From Escherichia phage phT4A, in sequence record NC_055712.1: a stretch of DNA of 64,000 nucleotides; one strand, 5' to 3'. This document shows, piece by piece, positions 35,740-43,471 of this stretch. The translations under genes and the position numbers were made by a program. How positions within the stretch are numbered: the first letter of the stretch is position 1; the number at the start of each line of letters is the position of its first letter. Below the pieces are notes generated by a model. That model saw only the letters and a list, made by a program, of their open reading frames with translations. It was not told the DNA's origin and ran no database searches.

Positions 35740-35975
35740 TCCGTTTCAATTCCGTGTTTGTATGCGTCAACGCCCAGAGGGGTGATCACTAAACACATAT
35801 CAGTATTTTTCGTTGGTGAACTAAACGCCATAGATGCATAACCTTTTTGAATCAGGGCATCACGCCCCGATTTACTGGGAACATCGTTGAAATCTAAATC
35901 CAACATTTTTGACGAGTATCTGTAAAGTTTACACAGAACATCAATTTCAGCGCCGGATAATTTCGGGTATGTCAT
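35730..35975 (-). CDS. hypothetical protein (81 aa)
   Basis: ORF track. Confidence 0.6.
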   Translation of the reverse strand: MTYPKLSGAEIDVLCKLYRYSSKMLDLDFNDVPSKSGRDALIQKGYASMAFSSPTKNTDMCLVITPLGVDAYKHGIETEWR

Positions 35976-36940
35976 TTGTAGTACCTCACAACATGTTCAG
36001 AATACACACGTTCAATGAAATCATTCCAGAAATCGCGATCAACTTCTTTCGGATAACCAGATACAGCCGCCAGCTTTTCAACTTCACACATCGTTGATTC
36101 TAGCGCCTCTTGTACGGTTGCGAAAGGAACACCGCCAGCTTTAACCATTTTCAAAAATGCGCTATCCGGAAGAGGATACACAATATCACCTTCTTTGAAA
36201 ATCTGGATCAATTGCATACCACCGCGCAACGCATGAGAAAGAGCTTTCCAGTCGATCCCGTTGTTGGCTTCTGCTTGCCGTGCGCGTTCCCCGTATTCAT
36301 CCCAGAGTTTATACACGGATTTCTTCATTTCCGCTACAGTGATCGTAGACTGGAATTTACGCCCCAGAACTTCATAAAATTCCTGACAACCTGATTTCAG
36401 TGTTTTGTCTGTAACGAATCGACAAAACTCATTGGTCGGGAATCGGTTAGAAATCTCACCAACTTTGATGCGCTTGCCGTAATTAGATTCATCCACGTTA
36501 CCCAGCAATGATGTACCATACCAGTAATCGGGAATCATTTGTAACACATCAACAACTTCACGCAGTGCCGCCAGGCGAGAACCTTTAACACCATACTTCG
36601 CCGCTTGCTTACGAACATAACCAAACAGGCCAGTTAATTCCGTAGTGTAGAAGCGCGAACGGTTAGCGCGGAGATATTGCCAGATATCAGAGTTAGCGAT
36701 CAGCTTGCTATCATCTGCATGAAGCATATCAATCGCCACGGTATCACCATCACATGCGAGGCTAATAAACTTTTGCAGACTGTAAATCTGACGATCTACG
36801 TCATTAACATCGTTCTTTGAGTTTTTATCACCAGTTGATGTATCGATAGACTTCTTCGCAGTGCCTAACAGGATTTCGCGAGGATGAGGGAGATAGATCC
36901 CTTTGTAGTCTTTATCGCTTGTTGGTGTTTCCAGTCCGTA
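35972..36940 (-). CDS. RlaP-type nucleotidyltransferase, N-terminus lost in gap
   Basis: Frame stays open upstream of the track start as far as the gap and reads YGLETPTSDKDYKGIYLPHPREILLG, the YG..SD.D..GIY motif of PF10127-type NTases. Confidence 0.7.
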   Translation of the reverse strand, partial: YGLETPTSDKDYKGIYLPHPREILLGTAKKSIDTSTGDKNSKNDVNDVDRQIYSLQKFISLACDGDTVAIDMLHADDSKLIANSDIWQYLRANRSRFYTTELTGLFGYVRKQAAKYGVKGSRLAALREVVDVLQMIPDYWYGTSLLGNVDESNYGKRIKVGEISNRFPTNEFCRFVTDKTLKSGCQEFYEVLGRKFQSTITVAEMKKSVYKLWDEYGERARQAEANNGIDWKALSHALRGGMQLIQIFKEGDIVYPLPDSAFLKMVKAGGVPFATVQEALESTMCEVEKLAAVSGYPKEVDRDFWNDFIERVYSEHVVRYYK

Positions 36941-37040
36941 NNNNNNNNNNNNNNNNNNNNNNNNNNNNNNNNNNNNNNNNNNNNNNNNNNNNNNNNNNNN
37001 NNNNNNNNNNNNNNNNNNNNNNNNNNNNNNNNNNNNNNNN
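36941..37040. other. assembly gap (100 N)
   Basis: Run of 100 n joining two unrelated coding frames. Confidence 0.99.
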
Positions 37041-37410
37041 CTACATGGGTAACAATACCATCAACAGCAGAACGAGAATTAACATAAATTTTGCTAATCT
37101 CCGCCATGAAAACACTATCTCTCAGATATCGAGCAGTCACTTTATCTAAACACTGAGAAGATACTTTATCTCCGCCAGGATATACTGAGATAATCATTAC
37201 ATGACCCTGAACACGAGCGGTTCCTACTTTATGCAGAATGTAAACCATCGAACCATCAGAATCTTTAGATACAAGGATCACACTGAAAGATTCTTTGTGT
37301 TGCTTCCGAGTTTCTCCACAAGTAAAAGATACTTCCAGAAAATCACCAACTTTAACACCACGGGGTTTTGCTACTTGTTCACGAACACTAATAACAGGGA
37401 TCATAATCAT
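37041..37410 (-). CDS. hypothetical protein, C-terminus lost in gap
   Basis: N-terminal 123 aa of track ORF 36865..37410; the post-gap residues belong to the NTase gene region. Confidence 0.55.
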
Positions 37411-37679
37411 TTCCTCACAGTTTCAAATTCTTCATCAGATTTCCAATATACGTTAAAATTACGACAATCGTGTTCGGATGTCAACGTGTATTTTTCATTT
37501 GTTTTTTCGTCAGTGATAACCATAGTTTCATTCTCGATCGAGTTAACACCGTAAACGAAAACATTCTCACCACGTTTGTTTAAAAACGCATCACCCTTTT
37601 CAATCAACTGCCAACAGGTAACAGGCAAACCACCCGGACTAACCGGGCGGGTAACAAGACAATAGGGATGTTTAATCAT
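37407..37679 (-). CDS. hypothetical protein (90 aa)
   Basis: ORF track; ATGA coupling both sides. Confidence 0.6.
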   Translation of the reverse strand: MIKHPYCLVTRPVSPGGLPVTCWQLIEKGDAFLNKRGENVFVYGVNSIENETMVITDEKTNEKYTLTSEHDCRNFNVYWKSDEEFETVRK

Positions 37680-37870
37680 TTAAATTCTTCCATTGCATAG
37701 GAAGTAAGATCTTTGAAATACCTTGCGGTGTTGCCTTCTGGGTTGTTTGTAATCTCCATCAGGATAACAGCACTATCAACTCCTGCTTTCTTAGCCATGA
37801 ATGAAAGGGCTTCGGTAGCAATAATCGTTGCTTTCATAACATCAGCTTTAGAAACGTTGATTGTATTCAT
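37676..37870 (-). CDS. hypothetical protein (64 aa)
   Basis: ORF track; first gene after promoter cassette. Confidence 0.6.
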   Translation of the reverse strand: MNTINVSKADVMKATIIATEALSFMAKKAGVDSAVILMEITNNPEGNTARYFKDLTSYAMEEFK

Positions 37871-37906
37871 TTTTCTTCCTTTTCATTAATCACTTGGTAT
37901 GTGTGT

Positions 37907-37945
37907 ATAATACAAAAGCCCTCACGAGAACGCAAGGGCTTTTTA
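37907..37945 (-). promoter_or_regulatory. hairpin-embedded early promoter cassette (PeSL-like)
   Basis: Minus strand: AAAAAGCCC-TTGCGT-17 nt-TATTAT-ACACACAT. Confidence 0.6.
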
Positions 37946-37977
37946 TTAAATTTCGTATAAATCTGGATTCACAATAA

Positions 37978-38007
37978 CCGCACATAAAAGATCATCTATA
38001 TGTGCGG
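37978..38007 (-). terminator. hairpin terminator after the Nudix gene
   Basis: CCGCACATA-N12-TATGTGCGG, weak U-tract. Confidence 0.45.
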
Positions 38008-38043
38008 CTTCTTGTTCTAAGGTTTGCTTAGATGAATGTGCTT

Positions 38044-38622
38044 TCAAGCAACCCCCGTAAAGGCGTTTACTATCTGGAAATGATCATCGAAGAATTCCCC
38101 TTGTCGTTGCACGACCTCATGCATAGGTAGCCAGAACGCGTCTGCTGCATCATCAGCACCGCCCATGATACGAGGCAATGAACCATCGTTATTAGGTTCG
38201 AGCTTGATATACTGTGCTACAGTCGGTTTTGAGAAGTACACCGAACGTTTCGGATGATCGAACAGCATCGAATTACGGATAGAACCACGAATAACCTTTT
38301 CAGGTACTTTAATTCGTACTTCTTCCAGTAATTCACGGATCGCACAATCAAGGAACGTTTCGTTACCGTTTTTGTGTCCACCCGGAAGCGCTAACGCATC
38401 TTTACCAGGCGCAAACTTACGACGGATTACTAACACGTGGTTATTACATACGACCACTGAATCAGCCGTGCAACAGTTCAGAGAATCCGGATACGGATAT
38501 TTTTTGAACTTGTCAATCTCTCGTTGCCAGTGCGCATCTTCATGGGACAAACGCTGGAATTCTTTTGTTTGTGTCCATTCATCGATAAAGGAAACCGTAG
38601 TGCTAGGCGCATATTTTAACAA
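38044..38622 (-). CDS. Nudix hydrolase (ADP-ribose pyrophosphatase-like), TTG start or C-terminal half of a NadM-Nudix fusion
   Basis: Nudix box GGHKNGNETFLDCAIRELLEEVRI; no ATG start; frame is -1 relative to the NMNAT gene and overlaps its stop. Confidence 0.8.
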   Translation of the reverse strand: MLKYAPSTTVSFIDEWTQTKEFQRLSHEDAHWQREIDKFKKYPYPDSLNCCTADSVVVCNNHVLVIRRKFAPGKDALALPGGHKNGNETFLDCAIRELLEEVRIKVPEKVIRGSIRNSMLFDHPKRSVYFSKPTVAQYIKLEPNNDGSLPRIMGGADDAADAFWLPMHEVVQRQGEFFDDHFQIVNAFTGVA

Positions 38623-39104
38623 ATCTTCGTCCCAGCTTCATGGTGTTCCCAGATAATTTTGCGTAAATTGGTCGAGGACAGATCCTGGTCTCCAACCTTC
38701 ACAGATTCAACCGGAATATGATTCCATCCGAATGCTTTAAGCCAGTAAGAATCTTTGTCTTTTTCGTACCCGACGATCGCAATTCGGTCATTTCGAGTTT
38801 CATCGATTGCCATACGAACACGGGATTTCCATTTTTCCTCGTTATAGAGATAATCCGGAATGTGAGCGAATTTGATTCTGGCTGCATCTTCAACATCAAG
38901 TTTGCAGATAGACCAGCGAGTGATCATTGCTTGACGCTGTTTAGCGGTCAATGGGTTTAATGTGTTCGGATATGCATAAGCAGAACCGATCAGAATGTAA
39001 ACCGTATCAGCAACAGCAAGGGCTTCCCTTACCATTTTCTCATGACCATAGTGAAAAGGTTGAAAACGTCCAATTACTACAGCTTTATCATATTTGTGTT
39101 TCAT
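38616..39104 (-). CDS. NadM-type nicotinamide-nucleotide adenylyltransferase
   Basis: GRFQPFHYGH and SSTNLRK motifs; ATG 39104 with SD GGAG preferred over track GTG 39116. Confidence 0.85.
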   Translation of the reverse strand: MKHKYDKAVVIGRFQPFHYGHEKMVREALAVADTVYILIGSAYAYPNTLNPLTAKQRQAMITRWSICKLDVEDAARIKFAHIPDYLYNEEKWKSRVRMAIDETRNDRIAIVGYEKDKDSYWLKAFGWNHIPVESVKVGDQDLSSTNLRKIIWEHHEAGTKIC

Positions 39105-39129
39105 AACGTGCTCCACGTTTAAAGGTTAA

Positions 39130-39228
39130 TCATAAAACAGACGCAATTATTAAAACACCAAACAATCCACCAATGAAACCAAAGAATAGTGAAATGAGTA
39201 TTGTCAATACGATCTGTTTTATGTTCAT
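39130..39228 (-). CDS. single-TM micro-protein (32 aa)
   Basis: Manual: MNIKQIVLTILISLFFGFIGGLFGVLIIASVL; weak SD. Confidence 0.35.
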   Translation of the reverse strand: MNIKQIVLTILISLFFGFIGGLFGVLIIASVL

Positions 39229-39280
39229 TATAGTATTCTCGTTTTAGATGTCAAGCCCCCAAAGAGGGGGCTTTAAAACA

Positions 39281-40207
39281 TTATTTACGAGAATCGAAAA
39301 TCACTTTACCCGCATAATCCGAACCCATTACAGTTTGAGGTACGCCACCTTTATAGCGGGTAGAGTAGTTCATCTGTACATCCAGTTCTTTCCAGCGGAT
39401 CATTTCCGGTGTAATGGTGCGTTGCAGGGCGGCGTTGGCTTCTGCTTCTTTCTTCGCTGCATACAGACGGGCATCAGCATCACGTTCGTTAGCGATTGCA
39501 GCGTTTTCACGCGCCTGGCGATCGGCTTCCGCTTGTTTTACTGCTTGTAATGAAGTCTGTTCTACTTTTTGCAGTTCAGCTTTAGCAGCGTTAACCTGTT
39601 CTTCGCGGATCTTCGTGTTAGTTACCTGTTCCATGATAACTTCCGGCAGGGTGATATCCTGCAAGAATACCTGTTTCACAGTGTAACCGTAAGGCCGTGC
39701 ATAATCTTCTACTTCCTGCTGAATTGCGATTTGCAGTTGGTTTTGGATCTTCGCATCAAACAGGTCTTGCGCTTTTGGTACGGATTTACCAAATTCGCGA
39801 ACAGTGGAAAGCAGTTTTTCAGTTACATACTTATCCAGTGCCTGATCCTGATTACCCGCGTTGATACGGTTGATCGGTGCTTTGCTACCGTCGAATTGCA
39901 GCATTACGGTCATATCCACAGTGGATTTAAATTTATCCTGGGACGGAACCTGTAATTTGTCGAACTTCATCGCGATGTCTTTGGTGCTGAACGTATCAAA
40001 CGTTGCCAGCGGGTTTACAATGTGGAAACCAGGCAGTACGGGTTTCGGTGATACTTTACCCATGAAGGTTTCAGTTTTAACCGTACCGTCTTGCACAATG
40101 GTATACATGTTAGGCACTAACCACAGTGCTGCGACTACGCCCAGAGCGATCAGAGAGGTTTTCTTCGGGTTGTTCACGATAGTGTTTAAGTTCATCATAA
40201 TTTCCAT
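39281..40207 (-). CDS. SPFH/band-7 (prohibitin/HflC-like) membrane protein
   Basis: N-terminal TM LIALGVVAALWLV, SPFH core, Ala/Glu-rich coiled-coil tail (AKAELQKVEQTSLQAVKQAEADRQARENAA). Confidence 0.85.
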   Translation of the reverse strand: MEIMMNLNTIVNNPKKTSLIALGVVAALWLVPNMYTIVQDGTVKTETFMGKVSPKPVLPGFHIVNPLATFDTFSTKDIAMKFDKLQVPSQDKFKSTVDMTVMLQFDGSKAPINRINAGNQDQALDKYVTEKLLSTVREFGKSVPKAQDLFDAKIQNQLQIAIQQEVEDYARPYGYTVKQVFLQDITLPEVIMEQVTNTKIREEQVNAAKAELQKVEQTSLQAVKQAEADRQARENAAIANERDADARLYAAKKEAEANAALQRTITPEMIRWKELDVQMNYSTRYKGGVPQTVMGSDYAGKVIFDSRK

Positions 40208-40266
40208 AAGTTGTTGTTCAATTCGATAGTTATTCTATCATCACATTTCACGCTGTCAAACTATTT

Positions 40267-40650
40267 TTAAGAAAGTTTTGTCAGCTTGTAGATTGTTTGA
40301 TAGCACAAGCCCTTAATCTCGTCCAGGATGTTCTTCAAAGAACTATCTACTGATTCGTAGATCTCGTTTGCTTCGTTGGCTATTTTACGGAGATACGCCA
40401 CCGTGTCAAGCACATTTTCGGTTTTTAGCACAGGTTTGTATCTTCCCGTGATTCCTATGTGGATTTCGGTGAATTTATCAACCAAATCCTGCATATCTTC
40501 GTAAAAACCCTCATATGCTTTATGTTGTGAGTATGAACCTGTTGCAAAATGTGCGCTATGCATATAGGTAACGGACATAAGGCACATGCCAATAAAGGCA
40601 TCTATCTTGCTTGAGTTCTCAGATTCTGTAATTTGTTTAAATGATTGCAT
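40267..40650 (-). CDS. Dps/mini-ferritin-like four-helix-bundle protein (tentative)
   Basis: YMHSAHFATGSYSQHKAYEGFYEDMQDLVDKFTE reproduces the Dps ferroxidase spacing H-x11-H-x14-D-x3-E as recalled for E. coli Dps. Confidence 0.5.
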   Translation of the reverse strand: MQSFKQITESENSSKIDAFIGMCLMSVTYMHSAHFATGSYSQHKAYEGFYEDMQDLVDKFTEIHIGITGRYKPVLKTENVLDTVAYLRKIANEANEIYESVDSSLKNILDEIKGLCYQTIYKLTKLS

Positions 40651-40660
40651 GATGATCCCT

Positions 40661-40942
40661 TTATGAACGATGGATACTTGCAAACTCATACGCGACCCTG
40701 ATTCCTAGCTTTGCGCATTCGGATTCAGATCGGCATTGTTTTTGGTGCCATTTTCGTTCCATGTAGTTGTAGAATAGTTCGCTTGTATTTACGCTGGGAG
40801 GGATCGTTGTGATGTATACTTGAAGGGCCGCATTAATATAATCGTCAAATTCTTTCTGAACCGGACGGTCGGCGGCGTGTGTTGTGGGTGTCATCATCAA
40901 CAATCCGAACAGCACAGCCATTGATATGCGTTTAATGTTCAT
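40661..40942 (-). CDS. exported small protein (93 aa)
   Basis: Start moved to ATG 40942: signal peptide MNIKRISMAVLFGLLMMTPTTHA; late promoter upstream. Confidence 0.6.
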   Translation of the reverse strand: MNIKRISMAVLFGLLMMTPTTHAADRPVQKEFDDYINAALQVYITTIPPSVNTSELFYNYMERKWHQKQCRSESECAKLGIRVAYEFASIHRS

Positions 40943-40991
40943 AACAATTACTCTTTTACTCATAGACCCACTATAGGTCTACTCCTGTATA

Positions 40992-40999
40992 TATTTATA
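40992..40999 (-). promoter_or_regulatory. T4-type late promoter TATAAATA
   Basis: Exact TATAAATA on the minus strand, immediately after a terminator and ~50 nt upstream of the 40942 start. Confidence 0.5.
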
Positions 41000-41000
41000 G

Positions 41001-41022
41001 CAAAAACGAGGCCAAGCCTCGT
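41001..41022 (-). terminator. rho-independent terminator
   Basis: Minus strand: ACGAGGC-TTG-GCCTCGT then TTTTT. Confidence 0.65.
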
Positions 41023-41047
41023 TATAATATTTTTGCTGTAAAGTCAA

Positions 41048-41440
41048 TCAAGTAATGTCATACCAACACAAACTTCTTTCGAAAGCGCGTATTTTGTTCA
41101 CGTTTTCTACGTTTTCGTCCCAACCGATCACACCAGCTTTCATACGTTTCAGTTCCTGACGTAAACGGGTACGTACTTTTGAATCAATTTTCTTTACTGC
41201 AATAGAAAGCATTGCATTCAGATCGCCATGAGCTTTGTTACCGTCGCGACACAGATTATTATCAAATCGAATGTATGCACATCCTGATTTGTGTTTCCAG
41301 TTGGTTGAGTACCAACGCAACCCATCCGGATCAATACCATGTTGAGCATAATAACGAGAATACTCTTTTACTTCTTCGATCTTTTCGTTAGATGAACGGT
41401 CACGAAGAGGATTGTATTTCTTACGGTAAGTGCGACTCAT
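41048..41440 (-). CDS. hypothetical basic protein (130 aa)
   Basis: ORF track. Confidence 0.6.
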   Translation of the reverse strand: MSRTYRKKYNPLRDRSSNEKIEEVKEYSRYYAQHGIDPDGLRWYSTNWKHKSGCAYIRFDNNLCRDGNKAHGDLNAMLSIAVKKIDSKVRTRLRQELKRMKAGVIGWDENVENVNKIRAFERSLCWYDIT

Positions 41441-41456
41441 AATGATCTCCTTTTGT

Positions 41457-42065
41457 TTATTCTTCCACTGTATCAGGGTTGTTCTTTAGTTGCAAGTAAT
41501 GTTTTCGACAAAGTGAAACATATTTGTCTTCGGCCCCGATCTCAATCTGGTCGCCATTAGCAACAAATTTGCCATTTGCATCAATACGGGCAACGGTAGT
41601 TGCTTTCTTTCCACAATGACAAACCCCCCGCAACTCCCTGATCTCATCAGCAAGTGCCAGCAACATATAAGAACCTTCAAACAGGTTCAACTGAAAATCG
41701 GTTCTTAGTCCATATGTCATTACGGGTATATCTAATTCGTCAACAACCCGACACAGATCCATGACATTTTTCCTGGAAAGGAATTGTGCTTCGTCCACAA
41801 ACACACAAGAAACTAGTTTCTGGCTGTCGCTATAAAAATGATTGTTGTGAACATCATAATATAAGTCCATATCAGGTGTGATCATGGTACATGTTGCTTC
41901 CAACCCAATACGCGAAGAGATACTCTGTTTACCTTCTCGCGTATCAATTGCTGGTTTGTACATCAGGATCCGCATACCGCGTTCCTGGTAGTTGTATGCA
42001 TCGGTGAGTAAACGAGCACTCTTGCCAGCATTCATTGATGCATAATGAAAATATAGTTTAGCCAT
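41457..42065 (-). CDS. tk: thymidine kinase
   Basis: P-loop SMNAGKS, VFVDEAQF, zinc knuckle CHCGKKAT..RKHY. Confidence 0.9.
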   Translation of the reverse strand: MAKLYFHYASMNAGKSARLLTDAYNYQERGMRILMYKPAIDTREGKQSISSRIGLEATCTMITPDMDLYYDVHNNHFYSDSQKLVSCVFVDEAQFLSRKNVMDLCRVVDELDIPVMTYGLRTDFQLNLFEGSYMLLALADEIRELRGVCHCGKKATTVARIDANGKFVANGDQIEIGAEDKYVSLCRKHYLQLKNNPDTVEE

Positions 42066-42288
42066 TTATCCTCTCAACAAAATCTGGGGTATTTTGGAAT
42101 TTCCCTTCCCCTTCATGGTTTTTGCATGTTTTATTTGAACAGTAGATCCACCAATCCCACTCATCATAAGGGGGTTTGGTAATGTTCATTACGCAAATTA
42201 AAGGGAAATGACAATCCCGACAACGAACTTTTTCTATAATGTGTGCGTTAGCCAATTGAAAACCATCCTTTACCCATGAGTTTTTCAT
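42058..42288 (-). CDS. hypothetical Cys-rich protein (76 aa from ATG 42288)
   Basis: CRDCHFPLIC..YCSNKTCKNH; track start 42339 overlaps the upstream ORF by 92 nt. Confidence 0.5.
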   Translation of the reverse strand: MKNSWVKDGFQLANAHIIEKVRCRDCHFPLICVMNITKPPYDEWDWWIYCSNKTCKNHEGEGKFQNTPDFVERING

Positions 42289-42463
42289 TATGTCGCGCAA
42301 GATACTCTTTGATTTCTGGCATCCGGATCGCAGTGTCATACTCTTCTTTCGTCATGGTATGATTTGCGCAACCCATACACCCGCACACCTGCGCGTTACA
42401 CCAACGGAGTGTTCCATATGTCGCAATCACCTTCATTGCTTTAGCTTTGATTTTGTCAGTCAT
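42248..42463 (-). CDS. hypothetical Cys-rich protein (71 aa)
   Basis: WCNAQVCGCMGCANH; start moved to ATG 42463. Confidence 0.5.
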   Translation of the reverse strand: MTDKIKAKAMKVIATYGTLRWCNAQVCGCMGCANHTMTKEEYDTAIRMPEIKEYLARHNEKLMGKGWFSIG

Positions 42464-42743
42464 GATTATAACCACTCATTTCGTTATCTTGTGCTTGATG
42501 TATATCAAGATACCACATATTGATTTTGCTTTTCAGTTCGTCCATTTCCTTACTCAGACAATTGTCAACGATACATAGAACATTAACAGTTTCTTTACGC
42601 TGCATAATGTTGATGTTATTCGCTTTCATCGCTTGCGCCAATGCATTATAGGTTTTAACCAGTGCGGCGCGTTGTCCTTTGATTACGGCGATCCGCTTGT
42701 TTGCTTTCTTAATCTCCCGACCTGCTTTGATAGGATCCATCAT
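42456..42743 (-). CDS. hypothetical coiled-coil protein (95 aa)
   Basis: ORF track. Confidence 0.6.
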   Translation of the reverse strand: MMDPIKAGREIKKANKRIAVIKGQRAALVKTYNALAQAMKANNINIMQRKETVNVLCIVDNCLSKEMDELKSKINMWYLDIHQAQDNEMSGYNHD

Positions 42744-42745
42744 GA

Positions 42746-43219
42746 TTAATTCGCCTTACGAGGATCGAAATGAACGACAATGATCGGGTAATCACCAGTC
42801 ACCTCATTAATAATGCGCTTAATGAGTTCCCAGTCGCCCCCAGCGAGGCCAGCACCGATTAAAGGTGTGATGATAGGCTTTCCAGTCTTAACGGCGTCAG
42901 CAAGCCCTACAGCCTGTTTAAAAGCATTGCCGATTGCGTCATAATCGACACGCGGCCCAGGTGTCCAGAAATCATATTGAGTATATGCATTGAAAACAAT
43001 GTTGCCTTTTTCGCCAATGTAAACAGAACAAGTTCCGAGCTTATCACGGGAACCTTTTAACGTATTGGCATCAACTTGAAATGCACCAGGAATACGATCG
43101 CGGATTTCGCGAGCAATACCAGCGCCCATATTGCAATAGCAGTTGCATCCGTGGATCAAATGGCCTTCACCGTTCAGATACATATTGACAGCATTACCTT
43201 TCACTTCTTTAATGATCAT
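42746..43219 (-). CDS. macro-domain protein (ADP-ribose binding/hydrolase)
   Basis: HGCNCYCNMGAGIAREI and ITPLIGAGLAGGDW loops typical of macro domains; start moved to ATG 43219. Confidence 0.8.
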   Translation of the reverse strand: MIIKEVKGNAVNMYLNGEGHLIHGCNCYCNMGAGIAREIRDRIPGAFQVDANTLKGSRDKLGTCSVYIGEKGNIVFNAYTQYDFWTPGPRVDYDAIGNAFKQAVGLADAVKTGKPIITPLIGAGLAGGDWELIKRIINEVTGDYPIIVVHFDPRKAN

Positions 43220-43307
43220 TTTTATTTTTCCGATATAGTAGGGCCACAACAAGGCCCATCAAAATCACAAGGATCCACAATACAGTGAATTGAACCCCTA
43301 CGCTCAT
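43209..43307 (-). CDS. single-TM micro-protein (32 aa)
   Basis: Manual: MSVGVQFTVLWILVILMGLVVALLYRKNKNDH; ATGA overlap upstream. Confidence 0.35.
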   Translation of the reverse strand: MSVGVQFTVLWILVILMGLVVALLYRKNKNDH

Positions 43308-43471
43308 TTTCTCGCTTTCCGTTCACGGCGGCGATCTTCTTGATGACACATATATAAAACACCACCAAAAATTATAAAACCGATAACAACGCCTATAAAG
43401 TATCCAGCACTAAACATAGTCATCATCCCCGCAATAGTAACAAGGCCCAGTGCTCTCATGCTTACCAGCAT
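43304..43471 (-). CDS. small membrane protein with basic tail (55 aa from ATG 43471)
   Basis: ..ALGLVTIAGMMTMFSAGYFIGVVIGFIIFGGVLYMCHQEDRRRERKARK. Confidence 0.45.
   Translation of the reverse strand: MLVSMRALGLVTIAGMMTMFSAGYFIGVVIGFIIFGGVLYMCHQEDRRRERKARK

Noticed and set aside
36865-37410. 181-aa ORF spanning the third N block
   Set aside because: It is an artefact of reading through 100 N. The two sides belong to different genes: the NTase N-terminus versus an unrelated 123-aa fragment.
39229-39280. TTGACA .. TACTAT downstream of the SPFH gene as a promoter for the 32-aa peptide
   Set aside because: The spacer is only 13 nt and the putative -10 abuts the ATG. The hairpin here is better read as the SPFH terminator/attenuator.
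42058-42475. Two Cys-rich ORFs overlapping by 41-92 nt, considered as one frameshifted gene
   Set aside because: I could not identify a homopolymer or a convincing joined sequence. Both frames have plausible internal ATG starts, so they are left as two genes with lowered confidence.
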